DNA of 64,000 nucleotides from Sarea resinae. Lineage: Eukaryota. Positions 14,118-26,339 of this stretch are shown piece after piece. The notes beneath the pieces were generated by a model that was given only the letters and a program-made list of their open reading frames with translations, did no database searches and was not told the origin of the DNA. Numbering within the stretch: position 1 is the first letter of the stretch; each line of letters opens with the position of its first letter. The stretch lies in assembly GCA_026026165.1 (NCBI GenBank), contig JAPEUD010000005.1, positions 1 through 64,000 on the forward strand. Reading direction: 5' to 3'. The translations under genes and the position numbers were made by a program.

Positions 14118-14885
14118 ATGCATCTGCACATTGCCTGAGTTTCTTCATTTTCCTTTGGGCATTTTTTTCATTTCAGGAAGCGAAGGGATAGCATTTAGAA
14201 GAGATATCCATTTGGGAAGACAGCGAATACTGGGAGTTTTTTTCCCCATAGTGTACGCCTGCCTTGGCTCAGTCGTCAGTCGTCAAGCTCGCTAGCCGGA
14301 TTTAGAGTACGATGGAATGCGCTCGACGGGCTACGGCAGGGCGGGGCATGACAGGGCGGGGCGGGGCGGGGCGGGGCGGGGCGGGACGATTGGGAATTTG
14401 GATAAACAGGCCCATCTTGAGGAGGAAGGAAGGAAAGCATATGTTCTGCTACCTATACCTGCAATCTATCAATCAGCATCCAGGCGTTCTTGATCCGGCA
14501 TCAATCTATTCAGTTTCTATCGGTATCAAGGTCCTATCCTATCCTATCCTATCCTATCTAATCCTATCCTATCCTCTACCTTTCTCATCCTGCCTCTTGA
14601 TTGAATAGCACATAGGCTATACAACGGCGTAGCCCGAGAGAAGCAGACGACAGGCTTCCTACCTTGCACTCTTATATCTACAGCTCACCTACCTCCTCAC
14701 CACCCTCCCTTTTCTTCTTCTTCCATGGCCATCTCCCAGATCCAGCGATCCAATTCCATCCGAAATCCATCGCATTATGCATAGAAGAAAAAGTTTTTTT
14801 TTTCTCGATCGGAATCGGAATCGGAATAGAAGAGATTTGTTAATCACGCATGTCGACCGACATGACACGACACTGATTCCTAGAA

Positions 14886-15481
14886 AGAAGAAACGAACGA
14901 GCCTTTTTCTCAGACTCAAAACTCGAAACTCGGCGAAATGCCACGAGATGGAACACATTCTCTCTCTCTCTCTCTGTTTTTCAAGAGCGGCGGCCATGGA
15001 CTTGAGCTTGGACTTGGGCTTGGGTGTTGGGTGTCGTTGGACGGTTAACGTTAGTGTTGGTGTTATGGTTGATAGTGGTGTTGATGAGTGAAAGTGAGGG
15101 TCAGAGGGAGAGAGAGAGGGAGAGAAAGGGATAGGTCACCGAGTTGGTTTAGTATGGCAGAGGAGAGGACAGTGGGAAAGGGAAAAGGGGGAAGCGGAAG
15201 GGATTGATTTGATTTAATCATTTAATTAACCTGATTAGTTTGATCTATACCACCTGATACTCTGCTATGCTATGCTGTGCTATGCTCTCCTATCCTATAC
15301 TGTCCTATACTGTCCTATACTGTCCTATCCTATACTCTCATACGCTCTACTACACTACACTCTCCTATGCCATGCTCTTATACGCTCTACCACAATACAC
15401 CACACCACACCACACTAAGTGACTATAGCAGATACACCATGTAGAACGAACCCGCACCTGATCGCACACATACATATATAC

Positions 15482-15515
<34 letters not shown>

Positions 15516-15568
15516 TGTTCCACCTACGACGTAGGCGTCAAGGATACGTACGGATCGGCGTTTCTTCT
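14886..15568. repeat. Nested long-range inverted repeat
   Basis: 14949-14975 is the exact reverse complement of 15496-15522 (27 bp); 14886-14895 of 15559-15568 (10 bp); 15151-15167 matches the reverse complement of 15360-15376 at 15 of 17. Confidence 0.8.
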
Positions 15569-16720
15569 CTTCTCTTCTCCTTTCCATTTTTTTCCTCTCA
15601 TCTCCCTCCTTTCGTCTCCGTCCTTTCATTCCTATTCGCCTTCCTCGCGGTTTCTTGCTCGAGGACTGCTCGAAGATGGGGTGCCGGGGAGGCGGGAGCC
15701 CAGAAAAAGAAGGAAAAACAGGACAGGGGTGGCTGGATGGATGGCTGCCGAGCTGGTTGTTTTTTCTTCTCGTTGGTGGGGGGGCGGGTGCGAGCTTGTG
15801 TTTGTGCTTGCTTGTGCTTGCTTGGGCTGGGGTTACGGGAAAGTGGGAACGCGGAAGGCGGAATGTGGAGCGCGGGAGCGTGAGAGCGTGGAAGCGTGGG
15901 AATCGAGCTGGATGGACATCGCTGAGGGGAATGAGAGAGGAGGGGGGGGGGGCTTGAATCTGAGAGAGAGAGCAAAGAAAGAGAGAGAGGGACTCAAAAA
16001 GACGGCCCGACAGAGGAGAGACAAACAGCACTGAGAAGGAATCTGGATCTGCATTTGGATTGGCATGGGGATTGGGGTTGGGATCTCGATCTCGATCCCG
16101 CCCACGGGGTCCGAGGGGCCTGTCTGGTTTGGTGTGTTGCACGAGCGACAATCTAGATATGAGGGTGTGGATCTGTGGATCTGTGGATGGGCGTGCGAGA
16201 TGTGCGAAGGTTTGAAGGCGCGCATGTGTGGATAGTGTGCGCGCATGAGACAAGACAGTACCGTTTGGATACTGATGCTGATGCTAATGCTGATACTGAT
16301 ATTGATACTGGTACTGTACAAGTGGCAATAGTGGTAGTGGCCGTGATAGTGACCGTCACAGTGGTGATGATATCGTACATGTGCGATGCACATCCGCGCC
16401 GTCTGAGGTGTGTCTACGGGGTATCGTTGTCCGTGTGTCTGGGGTAGGACAACCGATGAGATCGGGGCGTGGGAGAAAAACGGAACCCGGGACGGAGAAC
16501 GCAATACGGGGGACCGGGGAATGCAGAATAAGTAAAGTAAGGGAAGGGGAGGCATGTACGGAATCGTCTGTAGTCAAAGCCAGCTCAGGAACAAACGACC
16601 ATGGCAGCGGACGGAGAGGAGAAAACGGATACGGATACGGCTTCACTGCAGAGTGCAGTCGGTGTGGAGACCGGGTAAGCCATACGGGATCGGAGATGCG
16701 ATGCGATGCGACGCGACGCG

Positions 16721-16790
16721 ATGAGATACGATGAGATACGATGAGATACGATGAGATACGATGAGATACGATGAGATACGATGAGATACG
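16721..16790. repeat. (ATGAGATACG)7 minisatellite
   Basis: Seven perfect 10-mers flanked by related pentamer runs. Confidence 0.95.
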
Positions 16791-17821
16791 ATGAGATGAG
16801 ATGAGATGAGATAAAGGAAACCAAACAGAGAAAAGACAGGAATGACCAAGTTCAGTACAGGCGTTGAGAATGAGGGTAGGCATTAGACCAGAAGCAAGAC
16901 ATATCGAGATCTTGGCTGTTTGTACGAATAGGTGAGGGTGTGTCGCACAATCACGATACGAGACCAGACGATACTGCCATGCCATGCCATGCCATGCGGT
17001 GTGGGCGGGCGCCCCCTCGCCCTCGCCCTCGGCCCTGGGCTCGCACTCGGGTTGTGTGTGCGTACTAGTGAGTGGTGCAGTGATTGAGATCGGGCGGTAT
17101 GATAGAATTTGTCCTCGCTGTTCGCAGAGACAGGGACTGGTCCGACACCAAGAGAGACAGCAAGATAGACGGATGAGCAATCAAGCCGTTCTCGATGCGC
17201 TTCCTCACATTGGGATCCATCTCTGGATCGCAAAGACCCATCCAGACACGGTAGATCACTCGAGGGAGTCTGTAGATCTATCAGATCCATCTATTCTTAC
17301 AACTCCTGCATGCAATCAAGCACTTTCGCACGCAGATTAATTGCGGTTTGGGGGAGATGATCGACGTCTAGTGAGGCTTGGATGTAGGAGTCTCTTCGGT
17401 GCCATTGCCATTGCCATTGCATGGTAGCATGTATCGTCTAGATTAGTATGAATGACGTTTTTCTTTCCTTTTTCAGGCGGCAGTGAGATCGAGGCGGGCG
17501 GACGGGCGGGTCGTTGGGTTGTGGCTGGCATGGATGGTCCCTCGGTCCCTCGGGCCTGGCTGTTCATCTACATGAGATCCAACCCTTTCCATCCAATGTG
17601 CACTCCGTACCTCAAGTGGGCAGGGTACATGGAGGTGCGTGATGAAGGCATCGTGTCTGCTCCCGCTCGAACGTTGGACTCGGCAGAGTCATGGCATACA
17701 GAGTGGAGAAAAGTCAAAAAGGAGAGGACAAGATCACGAAAGAACGAGACAGAAGTCAGGACTGGCAGAATGAGATCGATCATCGGCGTTGTCATCCATT
17801 AGGTTGGGCCATCCGTCATCC

Positions 17822-18538
17822 ATGTGCTGCTGCGCCCCTTGCTCGCTTCGATCGTGCCCGATATTTGGAGATTGTCGATTTGAGATTGTCTTCCTTCGTT
17901 TCCCCTGTCAGCCCGCGTTGTTCACGTCGCACATCGAACAGGCGTGCATTCCCAACACTGAGGGTTGCAGCCCCAAGCCACCGGCCCCCAGCGCCGTCTG
18001 CCGTGCGTGTTGGGAGATTGGGAGAGATCATGCAGGTATGCGGACGAGTCGGTTTCTCCAATGAAAGTGACGGGAGGATGGCCACCCGCAACATCAATTG
18101 ACCCATTATTGTTTACCTTCCATTCGTGTCCGTCCGTTCTGTCTGGATGCTCAAGATGATCATCCATTCGGGTGGCGTGTACGTGCCGACCACCGTGGAA
18201 TGGATGGAAATCGTGCCTTGGTCAGATAGCTGGTGGTCAACGAGGCACTGCGACTCTGGCAGCGTGAATCAGAGATGGTGCTGCCGATTCGGGAACCTTG
18301 CATTATCGTGGACGCTGGGGGGCCAAATGGCGGATCACCGTCATTACACCAACCCGTACGGAGTCCAGACGACTCTCCCAGTACCTTGGTTGGTCCACCG
18401 TCACTGCCGCTCACCCATCACCAGCACCGCACGGTGGAGTACGAATACTACGAAGACTGCGAAGACTGCGAATGCCACGAATACTTCGCCATGGCATCTT
18501 CAGCTTCAGCGAGCTTCGGCGAATCCGCTCGGATTTAA
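17822..18538 (+). CDS. Candidate spliced orphan Cys-rich protein (about 181 aa)
   Basis: Putative exons 17822-18035, 18156-18178, 18230-18538. Donors GTATGC and GTACGT are good and phases are consistent, but branch points are weak. No recognised homology. Confidence 0.3.
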
Positions 18539-21500
18539 GCAGTTTGAGGTCCTCTGTCGGTCACCATGGGGCGGCTCTACAGCGTACTTCGTACTTGAGT
18601 GCTTCCGTCTAAGCGATCTATTTGATACACCTACTTCGTAGTACACCGTTGGTGTTTCTTGCTCCCCTGCGAGCCAGCCACGCATCATCATCATCGCCGC
18701 TAACTCGACGATGAAGACTCAGGTCTGGAACAATCTCGTTTCGAGCGTCGCGTGCTTGACTTGTCGTGTGCTTTTTCTGTTTCGGACGGTGTGAGATGGG
18801 TACGAGCATTGCCGTTCTGGTGGGGCCATGATCGATTTGACAAATTCCAATGGGCTATCTCCCATGTTTCGTTCAACACTTTATTATGTAGAGGTACTGA
18901 GCGACCACGGAGATAAGGCTCCCCGATCTATGTTCGTATCATCTCGGGGCGAGATTGACCGCCATGTCGCAAACACCTGGGCACCATGTAGAGACCACGA
19001 AACGCTCGCTCTCCACCCGAGGGACTCTGCCTGCAGTACTTCGTACGAAGCATCCAATTCTCCGGAGTAGTAACGCAAGGTAGGGTAGGTACTCACTAGC
19101 CAGGTAGTCATTCCTTCATTCCTTCGAAGCGATCGCGATCCTGCTCGATTGAGGGTCGCTGAAAGCCCAATGTGGCCTCGGCCCCCTCCTCATTCGAACA
19201 CAACATGGACGACTAGGCCACAACGGGCAATGAGAAACGAAGAAGGCGAGGGCGGACAACGGCGCATGGCGTGCCCCCCGCGAGGTTGGGCGGAGATTCA
19301 TAAGGTACCTTAGGTACTCTACTGAAGTACGGAGTCGTCCTTACCTAGTCCTCAGTAAGCCATCTGTCATCACTTCTGTCGACCGACCCCTACCACATTC
19401 CCGGCCAAGTGCACTGAATGATAGACTCGCGGCAAGACGTTGCACTCTACCCCGGACGCACTCTAGCCGGGCCAGAGTCTCGGAGACTCCGCATGATGCC
19501 TGTACGTTGTGTGCTAGCTGTGTGCTAGTCCAAGCCTCATCGGTCGGGTTCTGGCGTGCTACTGCTGGTCTGGCAGCATTGCAACCTGGCCTTTCGCGAA
19601 CAACAATACTTACTCTACAGCAAGTCATCATCGGTTCTTCCTCGATCGCTTCCGTCATCATCCCTCCACGATGCTCGGTACGAAGTGCGATGCCTTCAGG
19701 TTGGGAACCTGAAGCGAAGGCCAACGGGAGCACCTACCGTACGTAGGACGCTGCATAGCCCTGAAAGAGGCGAGAGCAGCATCCGGTGACACTTGAATCG
19801 GGCGCCACCATATACCTACTTGCTTTCCTCTCGCAGCAGAGAAGACAATCTGCATCGCTTCTGTCGCGTCCCCGTTCCCACTAAGCTGCCCGGGTAAGCT
19901 AGCTCGACACGTTTCTTTGACGATGACTCGATCGAGTAATGAAAGGCAAGTGAGGCAATGCATATTTTGTTTTTATCTGTATCTGGCCTGAGACACATCA
20001 ACGGTTGTTTGGTCGCCAGCAGATCCCATCGGGCGGGCCTGGTCATGCCCCCGTCCCTCGAGCTAAGAGGATCTGCGCGGAAACGAGGATCTCCGAGGCC
20101 AGATCTTCATGTGCGGTGCCCGCTTTGGTGGTCCCGGTTCGGCGCCTGCAGGAATTCAAACGGTTGAGGCCCGCCCGGTCCACGCGCGCACAGGGTCGCC
20201 CAAGAGGCCGAGGGGGGGATGCACAAAGTAGGACCGCCCAATCTATCGTTGCGCTTCTTGCGCTCGCTTCATCTGAACAGTACGGATGGGAGTTCGACTA
20301 AGGTACGTTGACGTTGGTCTGGTTCCCGACAACGAGCACCCAAACGTGGCATGGGCAAGTGAGAGCAGACGCTATCCCCTTAGTTGTGACGCTAACAGGG
20401 ATAGCATGCCCAGCTCCTTCTGAATGATTTGAGTTTCTTCTCGAGCTTCTCATTGGCTCACTTGGACGATGGGCGATGATCCTGATGATGGTTCAGGGCC
20501 AGCGACCTGCAGCAGGAGATCCCTGTGCCACATCCCTGGAGCCAATCTGATATCCCAAGGCCTAGTCGACTTCGACAATCTGGCGCTTGCTTCTGCCGCT
20601 TTCAAAGAGGCCATCCCATAGGTCCCTTCGTACAGTACAGGTCTATCCATGCTTCCCTGTCTCCTGCCGCCGATGTCCGACGTTGACTTACGTCCGATGG
20701 GGCACCCACCCTGTGTCTGTCTGGATCATTCATTGCACAATCTCGCTCTGTATCCGTGCCCAGCGCCCGGTGCCCATGCCCTGGGTATGCTGTCACGTCC
20801 CTCACTGTGCTGTCCAAGGTATACTCGGTGTCCGATGGTCGCTGCTTCGCGACCATGTTGTGCCTAGCTTACGAAGTCTCGAGCCTAATCGACCGCTGCT
20901 CACCACCGATTGGATCCACTATCTGCGACTTATCCCAGCATTCCCCCAGGGACCTTATCCATTGCGCACTACGCCATCGATCCTCTTCGACCAGTACAAT
21001 GCCGTTCCAGAGCCTTTATCTGATTTCATTTCCGCATCTCATGAGAGCTGAAAAGAGTAAAACGAGATGGTCAAGGACAGGCTATCTGATCTATCCGCTC
21101 CCGCGAGAAACAAAGGGTCGCCTATTGTGCAGTGTCTCATGCCGGATCCGATCCACACGCTACAGGGACCTCGCTCTTCGTAACTTCGTACTCTGTACTC
21201 TGTACGCTTCGATGATCTGCGGCCCCTGCTTGCCGCACGAGAGGCATCGTACTCCACCACGGTAATGACTTACTTACTGTGAGCGGTCAAGGACGTGTTT
21301 GCTTCGAAGACCGGCCTACTCGTATCCTCAAGGGTCTTTAATTGCGCGTTTTGGGGTGGGAAGGTTTAGAGCAAAACAGGTAGGTTGATGCCAAGTTTTG
21401 TTACTAAGAAGTTGAATGGAGTCGAAACTACGGTTGCGATCTTCCGTGGTACTGTAATAATCAGCAACCTAAGGTAAGCAGAACAATGATGGCGACCTGA

Positions 21501-24439
21501 GTGGGGTGCTGATGGCCTGCCTCATGACGGCCGTCTAACGGGCAACCGAGACGACTTCAAGGTTCCAGAGTAAGTCTCGGCCTCCAGCTAGTACCTGCCT
21601 AAGGTACTTCGTACCTACTTGGGCTGCTGCTACTGTGAACCCACGGCCATTGCGACGACTACGGCGACTTACGACGACGACTGCTCACCTGGTCTTTCCT
21701 GTTTCTGCCTCGCTTTGCTTGGCTTGCTTTCGTCTGCCGGCTGATCTGCCTGCTTGCCGTCAGTAGAGCGGAAGTTAGTGCTCGTTCCGTAACCTTACCT
21801 TGCTCCCTCTTCGCTCTTTTTGCCTCAGCTGGCCTCCGCCTTACTTTGCCTCACCTTACGTGCGTACGTTCCACATCCAAATCGGCTTCGCGTTCCTCGT
21901 CTCGAGAGGGTTGGCGGCGGTGCATTGCGATGCTCTACATCGTACGGATGATGCTCTTCATTCCGTCACGTCACTCCTCCACTCACCCGCCAGGAACGTA
22001 GCCGCTCAGAGGAGTAAGAATCATCATCCGAAACGGTAGTAATGCTAATAAGCAGTAGTAGACTTTCGGTCCATATGCAAAGGCAGAACAAGGTTGACCG
22101 GGACGGATTTATTTTCTTGGAGCTAGGATCGGCAGACCACACCCACCAGTCAGAAGCGACACTCGAACGCCATGTCATTTTTTCTCTCTTCCTTTGTCCT
22201 TTGTCTTGCCGTCCAACGCCAGGGTTGAGAGATGGGGGCAGGTTCAAAGAGAGGCAAGGAAAAGATATGGCATGTCTGGCCTCTTTACTTGCTGCTTGCT
22301 CTCTCCAGATTGCCTCTGGCAATCCTGTGGGCGTTGGCTGGCTGGCTGTATGTGAGTGAGTGTGTGCGTGTGCGTGTGCGCGTGTGGGAGCCAAAGTACA
22401 AAGTACCTAGGTCATTTCATAACTCTCGTACATGGTAGTAGGGCCCACTACCACTAGGTACCTTGCGAAGTACTTCGCACAAGAGGGACCCAATTCAGGT
22501 AGGTCAGGTAAGTAACTTTGGGCTCCGGTGTCACCAAGTGGACAATGGGATGGGCGACTGGACAGAGCGCCGCTAACGACGAACCCCTGAAAGGTTGTGG
22601 GGGGGGGGGCCCAGCTAATTCAATTCCAGTCAATTCCAGTTAGCCAGCCGACCGGCCAGCCAGACGGTCGGGCTAGATTGTTGCTCTTGACGATGATGGC
22701 GATGATGATGCGGATCAAAGTGACTTGCAGGGATTGAGGTAGCCAAGGTAGGTGGTGTGTGGTGCAGCGCGGTGCAGTGCCTCATGGCTTTTGTCTCAAC
22801 TGGGAAAGGGGGAAGACACGGTAGACGCTGGATGATGGTGATGAGATAGTCGATCAGCGAACGAGGCGAGACGAGGCGAGGCGAGGCTGGGCTGCGATCA
22901 AAGCGTCATGACAATGATCATAGGCATGGATGCAGGTGGTTCCTAGGTACGGTAGGCTAAGGTCGTAGTGAAAGTTGGAGGTTAGCAGTAGGGCGGTACC
23001 TACCTAGTCTACTACGTTCCTCATGTAGGTCCCTAACGTAGAGTAGGTAGGTAGGTAGGTAGGTAGGTAGTCATAGTCATCATGGTACGCAAGAAGGAAA
23101 GGGTCGAAGGAACAAACGGGCATGGATGGGATGCGAGAATGGCAATGCGGCACAGCTGGAGAGAGGATCAACGTAATGGATCCAACTACTCCGTCTCTCG
23201 CCCTCTCGCCCTTTCGCGCTGTCTCTCTCGCTCATGGATACGCAGTGAGTGAGTGAGATATTGGCAAGGCCCGGCTCGTCTACCGCCGTACTGCCGATGA
23301 TGGATGGATCGGCAATAGCTTAATCGCGTAGGACCGAAGACGCGAGAGAGAGAGAGAGGGAGAGGGAGAGCGAGCGAGATGCGCATCATTCGTTCCTTCT
23401 TTGATTCTCTCATCTTCTTCTCATGGCCGTCCTGGCACGTTGACTGGTTCGTGCCTTGGCCATGATTACCCACCGGTCAGTGATCGATTGCCCACCTGGG
23501 TATCCGGCGCCGGGACCCCTGCAGCGCATCCCCAACCCAGCGACCTGGGAATTTCCAGCCATGAGCGACGCGGGAGGCCGGACATGCTTCCAAATGAGTG
23601 AACGAACCCTTTCGGGCCCATTTCCTGGCTGGCCCTGCCACGGGGTCCCTAGCCTGTCGCCGTGGTAGCCGTACATAGTAGTCGAGCAGTTGGAGCAGCA
23701 CCTCAGTAGCAGCAGCAGCAGTAGCGCCAGTGACAACATCCTAATTCTTGTCCCGTCTGCCCAGTCCCTGACGCCTCGCGACCCTTTCGATCTGCTTTGG
23801 ACCCATATCGGTCTTACAGGATCTCTCAGCTTCCCCATCTTGTTCGTCTGGGCCCCCTCCCTCCCCCCCAAGGCCCCAAGACCCCAAAAATACGCACTTC
23901 CGTGGGCGCTTCATTGCCGTTCTAGTCCCGCTGCACCTGCACCCTTTCAGATCGGCCGGGTCCATCAAATCTATTCTGAACCCTTCCCTTCCTCACTCTC
24001 CTCTTTTCTGGCACATCCACCTCGCACACCTAGTCCATCGCGCACATCTCGCACATCTCGCCCACCTTGTACACCTTGCACTCCCTGCACCTTGCACCTT
24101 GCACGCCCCCCCACCATTTAGATTAGCTCCGGTTTCCTGTCAGTCTTGAACCCTATATCGCCGCCTTTTTCTCCGTAGTTCCCACGGGTCTGGTCACCCC
24201 CCCCCCGCCGCCCGTCCAACTCCACTTAAGTGCCCTGGGATCCTCTCTGTTCCGTCGGGCCGTCGTCCTCTGCAATATCACCTGCCAATCTCGAGCAATC
24301 CTTCATAAGAGCCAGTTCTTACCGCGTGGGCGAACACTTCGCGACCTCTTGACAATCGAGTATGTTTACTTCCTTCTGTCCGTCGAACATCTCTCTTACA
24401 TGGACCTAGTAGTTATCTCGAGACGAATCGCTGCAAACA

Positions 24440-25393
24440 ATGGCCCCTCACAGAAGAGGGCCGTGGTCGCCACAAGAAGACATGTATCTTCTACAGCTGG
24501 TGCATACCCAAGGCGCGCACAACTGGGTCCGCATCTCGCAGATCATCGGATCCCGATCACCGAAGCAGTGCCGCGAGCGCTATCATCAAAACTTGAAGCC
24601 TACCCTGAACCACAGTCCCATCACTCCCGAAGAGGGTATCCTGATCGAGAGGCTGGTGAGCGAGATGGGCAAGCGTTGGGCCGAGATCGCACGGCGCCTG
24701 AGCGGCCGAAGCGACAATGCCGTGAAGAATTGGTGGAATGGGGGCATGAATCGACGACGACGACTTTTCACCCGCCGCGGAGATGCGAGCCGAAGCGAGG
24801 ACGAGTTCGACGAGCGAGCACAATCATTGTCCTTTGCGAGACCAGCGGGCCTCGAACGGAGCCTGACGACAAGAACCCTGCCTTTGAGAAGACACAACGA
24901 CTCCTCGCTACCCTCTCCATCGACCCTCTCGGAACTCTCAAGATCAGATTCGACGGAGACGGCCCCGTCCTTGGTCTCCGATTCCGCTTCGAATCAGTCC
25001 TGCTCGCCACGCATTCCTGGGTCTCCTGCTATTGAACTTCCACCGCTCATCGGAAGTCGAGCCGAGACTCGACGTCCAAGTCTGCCGATTCTTCACCTGG
25101 GCACGAATGCCTTCGCCATGGACACCGAGTCGCAAATGCCCGCTCTGTCATCACGCTACGACAGTGAGCGTAAATCTCCTTTGACCCCTCGACCGTCTCC
25201 CTTTCGACGGCCGGATCTTCAGATTGAGTCGTTCCCATACGAATCCCAATACATGCGGCGTCCTGCTCCAGTCTTGTCTCGACAACTACAACTACCGCCT
25301 ATCCACAGTTTGACCTGCAGTAGCACCAGCACCAGCCCCCAGGAATCACCTTCCAGAGATGCTCGAATGAATCTCTCAAACCTTCTCGGCTAA
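24440..25393 (+). CDS. flbD: R2R3 Myb transcription factor, FlbD/Rca-1 type conidiation regulator
   Basis: Single coding exon. N-terminus HRRGPWSPQED..NWVRISQ..RSPKQCRERYHQNLKP..GKRWAEIARRL..RSDNAVKNWWNG; C-terminus DARMNLSNLL. Confidence 0.92.
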   Translation: MAPHRRGPWSPQEDMYLLQLVHTQGAHNWVRISQIIGSRSPKQCRERYHQNLKPTLNHSPITPEEGILIERLVSEMGKRWAEIARRLSGRSDNAVKNWWNGGMNRRRRLFTRRGDASRSEDEFDERAQSLSFARPAGLERSLTTRTLPLRRHNDSSLPSPSTLSELSRSDSTETAPSLVSDSASNQSCSPRIPGSPAIELPPLIGSRAETRRPSLPILHLGTNAFAMDTESQMPALSSRYDSERKSPLTPRPSPFRRPDLQIESFPYESQYMRRPAPVLSRQLQLPPIHSLTCSSTSTSPQESPSRDARMNLSNLLG

Positions 25394-26339
25394 GTGTCCG
25401 AGTACCTTTCACTGCCTTCTCGAATAACCTTTTGTCTGTCTGCCTATCCGAATATTCATATTTCCTATCTTGTCTATATCAATGTAGCAAATATACCCAG
25501 ACAATGTCTCTTTCCTATGTTCTCTCAGCACCTGCGCTCTTATCGGCGTTTGAAATTCCAGCGGTCTCCATTTTCGGGGTTTCCTCACGGGCGGGGTTGG
25601 TTTGGTAATGGATGGTCGGCCATAGGCATGGGTCATGTTTATTGGGGCTTGAGGGGCTGTCGGAAAAGATGGGCCAACGGAAGGGATGGGATCATGAGGT
25701 TTTCTTTGTCACTGTGTTTCTGGAGCTGTTGGGTCGGGTCGGAGATAGTACCACGACGTGGTGTCTGCTCCTCACAAAAGGTTAATGGGTCAACGTTCTT
25801 CCTCGGCGATTTCGACCGCTGCTGGCTGGCTGCCTGGAATGTGTTTTTTTGATCTTCTTTCGGATGCATTGAAGCTACCGACTTGTGCTTGCTATAGTCC
25901 TCTAGAGATGGCGATATGGTCGAGGCTGTCGGTTCGGCTTCGATCCGCGGCTCTTGGCCATCTCAGCTTTCATTTTCATTGAGCCAGACATTATACATTT
26001 ATCCACTCCGATGCTTTCATCTCGTATATTCATCATCATCATTCATTGTGCTGTGAGGTATACACGGACGAGAGGTGTGAATAATGGCCTGACTTTCGAA
26101 CAGTAAAGTGTCGAGGTATCGAGGGAAGTGCGTTTGGAACACACAAATACGACCGAAGACGTCTAGCGTGGAATTTTGCCGTAGCTCACCGCCTTTCAAG
26201 CATGCCTCGGCTTCCTATCTCGACCTGTATCATATCATCCATACATTAAAGCTCCTTGACGCAGCCAACTTCACGCCTTTGACCACCGATCTAAGCTGCA
26301 TACATTGCAGGCTTCAAGATGTTTCCTGGAGATTCAAGG

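Noticed and set aside
15538..15548. U12-type donor GTATCCTT on the minus strand
   Set aside because: Ascomycetes generally lack the minor spliceosome and there is no host gene; probably chance.
15419..17290. Long ORFs of 150-276 aa on both strands
   Set aside because: Built from microsatellites (ISSYLIVSHR repeats, ISISIS); no protein-like composition.
14200..17300. Telomerase RNA
   Set aside because: I saw no TAACCCTAA-type template on either strand by eye.
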